Part shown: in pieces, positions 32,932 to 37,143 of the stretch
Position numbering within the stretch: position 1 is the stretch's first letter
Layout: every line of letters begins with the position of its first letter
NCBI GenBank assembly: GCA_007123465.1
Contig: SKLB01000094.1
Location: 1-37,143 of the forward strand
DNA: 37,143 nucleotides
Source of the DNA: Spirochaetales bacterium
Lineage (GTDB): Bacteria; Spirochaetota; Spirochaetia; DSM-27196; PWMO01
Reading direction: 5' to 3'
Notes under the pieces: generated by a model
What the model saw: only the letters and a program-made list of their open reading frames with translations
Database searches by the model: none
What the model was told of the DNA's origin: nothing
Program-made: the position numbers and the translations under genes

Positions 32932-33813
32932 TTAGTCCGGCTTGCGGTAGACCGTGGGGGCCACCGAGAATACCGGCAATTCCATGCCGGCTAACGTTTC
33001 CGAATGTCCCAGGAAGAGGTATCCGCCTGGTCTCAAGTACTGGTAGAGTTTGCGCAGCAGCGCGGTCTGCGTATCGCGTTCAAAATAGATGATCACATTG
33101 CGGCAGAAGATCACTTCGAACTGCTCACGAACCCCGAGATCTTCCTGCATCAGATTCAAACGGTGGAACACTACGTTGTGGCGCAGCAGCGGCTTGACGC
33201 GCACCAGGCGACTCTCGCGGTCTTTACTGCGCATCAGATACTTGCGCTTCATTAACTCCGGCACCGGCGCAATGCGGTCCTCGGTGTACACCGCCTTGCG
33301 ACCGCGTTCAAGCACCTGGGTGGAAATATCGGTCCCCAGAATTCGATACGTAAAATCGCGGTGACTGTCTGAGAACTCCTGCAACACCATAGCCAGCGTG
33401 TAAGGTTCCTCGCCGGTAGACGCTGCAGCAGACCAGACCCGAAACGGATCGCGTACACCCCATCCCTCGCTGTAACGCTCGGGCAGCAGCCGCTGCGCCA
33501 GGAAGTCAAAGTGATCCGATTCACGAAAGAAATCAGTCTTATTTGTGGTAACCGCGTCGATCATGTGCAGCATCTCGGCGTTGGCCTGTTCTTCACTGAA
33601 CACAAAGTCGAGGTATTCCTGGAATCCCGAGTGGCGCAGCGCCCGAATTCTCTTGTACAGACGAGACTCCAGCATGATGCGTTTAGCCGCCGGCATCCTG
33701 ATACCAAGAGTCGACTCAATGAAGGAGCTCAGTCGCTTGAACTGCGCGTCTGACAGGGATGCCATCCCGCCTGAGCTCGCAGCAACCGCCTTACCACCGC
33801 CGTCGTGGCTCAC
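32932..33813 (-). CDS. cheR: Chemotaxis protein methyltransferase CheR
   Basis: TTNKTDFFRE, RVWSAAASTGEEPYTLAM, VIFCRNVIIYF and GGYLFLGHSE. GTG 33813 lies 7 nt after GAGG and 12 nt after the cheA stop. Confidence 0.88.
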   Translation of the reverse strand: MSHDGGGKAVAASSGGMASLSDAQFKRLSSFIESTLGIRMPAAKRIMLESRLYKRIRALRHSGFQEYLDFVFSEEQANAEMLHMIDAVTTNKTDFFRESDHFDFLAQRLLPERYSEGWGVRDPFRVWSAAASTGEEPYTLAMVLQEFSDSHRDFTYRILGTDISTQVLERGRKAVYTEDRIAPVPELMKRKYLMRSKDRESRLVRVKPLLRHNVVFHRLNLMQEDLGVREQFEVIFCRNVIIYFERDTQTALLRKLYQYLRPGGYLFLGHSETLAGMELPVFSVAPTVYRKPD

Positions 33814-33825
33814 ACCCGCACCTCT

Positions 33826-35949
33826 TCACGCATGCGACGCGCCGACCAATCCGATTAGCCGCCCGACATCCAGAATCAGCGCAACCGAACCATCGCCGAG
33901 AATGGTAGCTCCGGAGATTCCCTCCAGGTCATGGTAGACCCGCCCCATACTCTTGATCACCGTCTGCAGATCACCTACCACGTTGTCCACCAGAAAACCA
34001 ATTGCACCTTCGGCAGTGTTGACCACTACCACCTGCTCGATCTCAGGAAGCTCTCCCTCAATTGAGAAGACTTTGCGCAGCCGTACGTAGGGAAGCGTCT
34101 GACCTCGATTATTGATCATCTGCTGGCCGTTGTGCTCGGCTCTCATCTCGCTGGTGAGCTCAATACACTCCTGAACCGCCTGCAACGGGAACACAAATGA
34201 GCTGTCGTCAATCTCCACCAGCAGGCCGTCGATGATAGCCAGGGTGAGAGGGATCGTGAGCGCCATCCGCGTGCCCTGTCCGGTTTCGGAAGAGACGGTC
34301 ACAGCGCCGCCCAGCGCTTCGATTTCCTTTTTTACCACATCGAGTCCAACGCCGCGGCCGGAAACCTGGGTCACGCCCTGTGCGGTTGAGAACCCCGGTG
34401 AGAAAATCAGCTGCATAATCTCGGTCTCGGTTAGTTCAGCGGCAGCAGCGACCACGCCGCGATCGCGGGCTTTCTCAAGGATCCGCCGGCGATCGAGACC
34501 GGCGCCGTCGTCTTGAATGGTTATGATCACACTGGCACCCGAATGTTCCGCGGTCAATCGTATCAAGCCCTGTTCAGGCTTGCCGTTGGCGCCGCGCACC
34601 TCAGGGCGCTCGATTCCGTGATCGACGCAGTTACGTATCAGGTGCACCAGCGGATCATTCAGCCGGTCAATGACAGTCTTATCCAGCTCCGTCTCGCCGC
34701 CGAGTGTTTCCATTTCGATCTTCTTGCCGAGCTCCTGTGAAAGATCTCGCACAAGACGGCGAAACTTGGAGAAGGTCGAGCCAATCGGTAACATGCGGAT
34801 GCTCATGGTGCTGTCGCGCAGCTCATCGGTCAGCCGCTCGAAGGTTTCGGCCAGCGAACTCAATAGAGCATTGTCGATCTGTTTGGCAGTCTGGGTCAAG
34901 CGGGCCTGCAGCGTGACGATCTCCCCTACCAGGTCAACCATCAGGTCCAGCTTCTCCGATCCGACGCGAATACTCGAGGTTGCCAGCTCGTTCTGAATCC
35001 GCGCGCGCGAGCGCTTGACGTGCTCCTGTTCTGCCAGCGCAGATTCTACATCCTGCTCGTCCACGCCCTGCTCGACCAGCATCTGCCCGAGTCGCTTCTG
35101 CGCACCGGCGGCCTGCTCGACAACCTCCAGGTCAACCACTCCGCGATCGGCCAGAATCTGGCCGAGGCGCCGATGCGGCTCGTCCTCCAGCTCAGAAAGA
35201 TCGTCGATCGGGTCGATACGTACCGTTGCCGCGTCTTCGACAAAGATAAAGACGTCTCGAACGCTGTTCAGCGTCTGCCTGGTTGTCAGAATGACGTCCC
35301 AGGACACAAGACACTCGTGAGGGTTCAGCTCGCTCAAGCGCGGAATAGCTGCAGGATTGGGTACTACGGTCGATTCTCCCATGTCGCGCAGCTCGGCCAG
35401 CAGCAATAACGGGTTGGTTCCGTTGAGGTAAATATCGGCTTGCGGCGCAAATCGAACCCGATATGTCACGAAATGATCGAGTTCTTCCTGTCCAGCGCCG
35501 GATAGAAAGGCGGACTGATCTTCATCAGTGTCGGCTACCGGTACAATACCGTGACTGACCGCCGGCTGCCGGCGCTCGCTGACGTAGCGCTGCAGGTTCT
35601 CGACAATCTGACGCGAAAGTGAATCGTGCTCTTCGGGCAGATCGTCTTCGGCGTCCAGCAGACTGCGAATGTGATCGCGGACCGAAAGCGTGATACTGAT
35701 AAGATGCTCGTCCATCTGTAGACTGCCGTCGCGCACCAGCTCGAGTACCGTTTCAATTTCGTGGGCAAAATCCGAGATGGCCTGAAAGCCGAACATCGCA
35801 GCCGAACCCTTGATCGTGTGCATGCAGCGAAAGACTGCCGAGATCTCCTCCTGGTTGGCCGGGTCGCTCTCCAATTCCAGCAGAGAGTGCTCGAGACTGT
35901 TCAGCAGGTCGTAGGCTTCTTCGCGGAAGTTCTCTTTGAACTTATCCAT
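33826..35949 (-). CDS. cheA: Chemotaxis histidine kinase CheA (P1 HPt, alternative P2-like region, RLG-repeat insert, P3, P4, P5)
   Basis: P1 is FRCMHTIKGSAAMFG. P3/P4 are IRVGSEKLDLMVDLVGE, DPLVHLIRNCVDHG, DDGAGLD, GFST and GRGVGLDVV. P5 is CheW-like (IIDGLLVEIDDSSFVFPL...VVVV...GFLVD). ATG 35949 is preceded by AAGGAG with a 7-nt spacer. The ORF-track start at 36129 adds 60 Arg/Ala/Ser-rich residues overlapping the STAS gene. Confidence 0.9.
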   Translation of the reverse strand: MDKFKENFREEAYDLLNSLEHSLLELESDPANQEEISAVFRCMHTIKGSAAMFGFQAISDFAHEIETVLELVRDGSLQMDEHLISITLSVRDHIRSLLDAEDDLPEEHDSLSRQIVENLQRYVSERRQPAVSHGIVPVADTDEDQSAFLSGAGQEELDHFVTYRVRFAPQADIYLNGTNPLLLLAELRDMGESTVVPNPAAIPRLSELNPHECLVSWDVILTTRQTLNSVRDVFIFVEDAATVRIDPIDDLSELEDEPHRRLGQILADRGVVDLEVVEQAAGAQKRLGQMLVEQGVDEQDVESALAEQEHVKRSRARIQNELATSSIRVGSEKLDLMVDLVGEIVTLQARLTQTAKQIDNALLSSLAETFERLTDELRDSTMSIRMLPIGSTFSKFRRLVRDLSQELGKKIEMETLGGETELDKTVIDRLNDPLVHLIRNCVDHGIERPEVRGANGKPEQGLIRLTAEHSGASVIITIQDDGAGLDRRRILEKARDRGVVAAAAELTETEIMQLIFSPGFSTAQGVTQVSGRGVGLDVVKKEIEALGGAVTVSSETGQGTRMALTIPLTLAIIDGLLVEIDDSSFVFPLQAVQECIELTSEMRAEHNGQQMINNRGQTLPYVRLRKVFSIEGELPEIEQVVVVNTAEGAIGFLVDNVVGDLQTVIKSMGRVYHDLEGISGATILGDGSVALILDVGRLIGLVGASHA

Positions 35950-36298
35950 GCCGGGACTCCTTGCCTGCGCTGCGACCAAAGTCCAACAGCGCCGCCGCCA
36001 GTTCGCGGCCGTCGTACGGAGCGTGCGTGCAGAAGCCGCCGTCCTCGAAGGCCTTGCGCATGGGCTCCGACACCGCTCCGGTGAAGTCAAGCTCACTGCC
36101 ACCGATCCTGGCTTCATGTGCAGCCGCATAGATAATATGGATTGCGGTGAGATCGACCGTTTCGACGTGTGACAGATTCAGGAGAACTCGGCTGCTCTGC
36201 TGCAGCGCCTCCAGCAGCGTATCCCGTAGATGCTGGGCGCGCTCGATAGTGGCGCGCTTTTCTAGCGTAACCACCTTCAGAGTTTTCTTCTCGGACAT
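35942..36298 (-). CDS. STAS-domain protein (anti-sigma-antagonist fold), first gene of the che-like operon
   Basis: 118 aa from ATG 36298 (GAGGAG 6 nt upstream). LKVVTLEKRATIERAQHLRDTLLEAL...RVLLNLSHVETVDLTAIHIIYAA has the STAS beta-alpha layout. Its stop overlaps the cheA start (ATGGATAA). Confidence 0.7.
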   Translation of the reverse strand: MSEKKTLKVVTLEKRATIERAQHLRDTLLEALQQSSRVLLNLSHVETVDLTAIHIIYAAAHEARIGGSELDFTGAVSEPMRKAFEDGGFCTHAPYDGRELAAALLDFGRSAGKESRHG

Positions 36299-36331
36299 TT
36301 GGTGCTCCTCATGCACCGCAGAGTATACTAC

Positions 36332-36360
36332 ATATTGGCGATGTTTGGTATGGTTATTTA
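36332..36360 (-). promoter_or_regulatory. Speculative sigma-28 (FliA)-like promoter upstream of the STAS-che operon
   Basis: Minus strand: TAAA (36360-36357), 17 nt, GCCAATAT (36339-36332). The sigma-28 / sigma-D consensus is TAAA-N15-GCCGATAA or GCCGATAT. The -10 matches 7 of 8 positions against the GCCGATAT form, but the spacer is 2 nt too long. A TATACT hexamer (36327-36322) lies just downstream. Confidence 0.2.
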
Positions 36361-36367
36361 GCGGTAA

Positions 36368-37143
36368 TTAGAGAAAATTATCCAATTCAAGGTAGCTCGC
36401 CAGCTGCAGTCCGCTTTCGAGAAATCCAGCTTTGCGCTGCCGGATAATGATCTGCATTACAGCGATGCGGCGCTCCAGATCCACGCGCCAGTTCTGTAAT
36501 GAAAACGGGTCACGTTCGGACAAACCGGTCTCATCGGCAATCGAACCGGGATACACCCGCGTGACAACGTAGTTCTGCTGCCAGCGATTGGTGCTGATGT
36601 TGTCGGTGTCCATGCCGAACAACGGAGGGAAGAGATCTTCAGCGCTGACGCGCTCCAGCAGATCTTCAACCGGGCTGTACGGCCGCTCGCTCAGAGCGAG
36701 AATAGCCTCCATTTCCGTACCCTCGCGCTGCCACTGCACAGAGACCAGTTCCCCGGGCATCATGTCGAGCAGCACGGTCTGCGCATCGCCGATCCGCGTT
36801 GGCTTCCACCCGCCGATGTCAGACAGGACGTCACCGGCCTGTAGCCCGGCAATGTCGGCCGCGCTGTTTGGTACGACATACACGATCTCCAGGCGGCGGT
36901 TGCTGCTCTCGTGCACAACAACGCCGAGCCACGGATGCGTGACTTCGCCGGACTCGTACAGTCGCGGAAGAAACTGGTTTATCCAGTAGGAAGGGATCGC
37001 AAAATTCACGCCCTGAAACTGCGGAATCCCCGCGAATACCACACCAACCAGTTCGCCGTTGCTGTTGACAACCGGTCCGCCTGAATTGCCGGGGTTAACC
37101 GGCACATCCACCTGCATCGCGTCCCCCAGTTGCAGAAAACGCC
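36368..37143 (-). CDS. HtrA/DegP-like trypsin-family serine protease with PDZ region (5'-truncated at the window edge)
   Basis: The frame is open to the right edge (…RFLQLGDAMQVDVPVNPGNSGGPVVNSNGELVGV…). GNSGGP is the catalytic-Ser motif of S1C proteases. It is followed by a PDZ-like segment: LGVVVHE...IVYVVPNSAADIAGLQAGDVLSDIGG. Confidence 0.85.
   Translation of the reverse strand, partial: RFLQLGDAMQVDVPVNPGNSGGPVVNSNGELVGVVFAGIPQFQGVNFAIPSYWINQFLPRLYESGEVTHPWLGVVVHESSNRRLEIVYVVPNSAADIAGLQAGDVLSDIGGWKPTRIGDAQTVLLDMMPGELVSVQWQREGTEMEAILALSERPYSPVEDLLERVSAEDLFPPLFGMDTDNISTNRWQQNYVVTRVYPGSIADETGLSERDPFSLQNWRVDLERRIAVMQIIIRQRKAGFLESGLQLASYLELDNFL

Noticed and set aside
35950-36129. 60-codon N-terminal extension of CheA given by the ORF track (and similar extensions for the activase, hppA, tatA, NlpD-like and photolyase genes)
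   Set aside because: The extensions are Arg/Ala/Ser-rich, overlap the upstream gene or its SD, and precede an internal ATG that has a good SD and a canonical family N-terminus.

Overview
GC-rich, densely packed bacterial chromosomal window with about 30 protein genes and 2 tRNAs. I saw no rRNA, CRISPR array, transposase, integrase or prophage signature. TatAC, a degenerate LysM/LytM NlpD-like protein, a PpiD/SurA-like chaperone, a small beta-barrel candidate and an HtrA-like protease suggest a diderm organism. The gene mix (Maf/DUF115, PPi pump, STAS, many REC hybrids) would fit a spirochaete or delta-proteobacterium-like lineage, but there is no taxonomic marker in the window.

Left to right:
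- partial ORF, class II photolyase, small secreted beta-barrel candidate
- a ~1438-aa double BcrAD/BadFG activase fused to a dehydratase-like domain
- small CxxC thioredoxin-like protein, tatC-tatA
- two tandem YlbF/YmcA-like genes, then copZ-csoR
- dus, DUF2062-like, AsmA-like 697-aa protein and SppA, apparently one operon
- an 81-aa orphan ORF, a K+-dependent-type membrane pyrophosphatase, a NUDIX hydrolase
- a TPR-GAF-GGDEF cyclase, an RpoS-like sigma factor preceded by the NlpD-like gene
- tRNA-Pro(CGG) and tRNA-Asp(GUC)
- PpiD-like parvulin, Maf/DUF115, lepA
- a tight 7-gene chemosensory-like operon (STAS, CheA, CheR, CheB, hybrid kinase, REC, hybrid kinase)
- the 3' part of an HtrA-like protease gene

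Most of the window is ordinary core genome. The parts most worth a second look are:
1. The receptor-less Che-like operon wired into two soluble hybrid kinases, with a tandem MshEN-like (c-di-GMP receptor-like) RLGxxL..G motif inside CheA.
2. The uncharacterised DUF2062 / AsmA-like / SppA module.
3. The tandem Cys-tailed YlbF-like pair.
4. A CsoR-type operator candidate and a perfect 9-bp inverted repeat upstream of copZ.
5. Three promoters placed so close to ATG codons that leaderless translation is implied.

All family assignments rest on motifs read by eye from the supplied translations. No database search was run.
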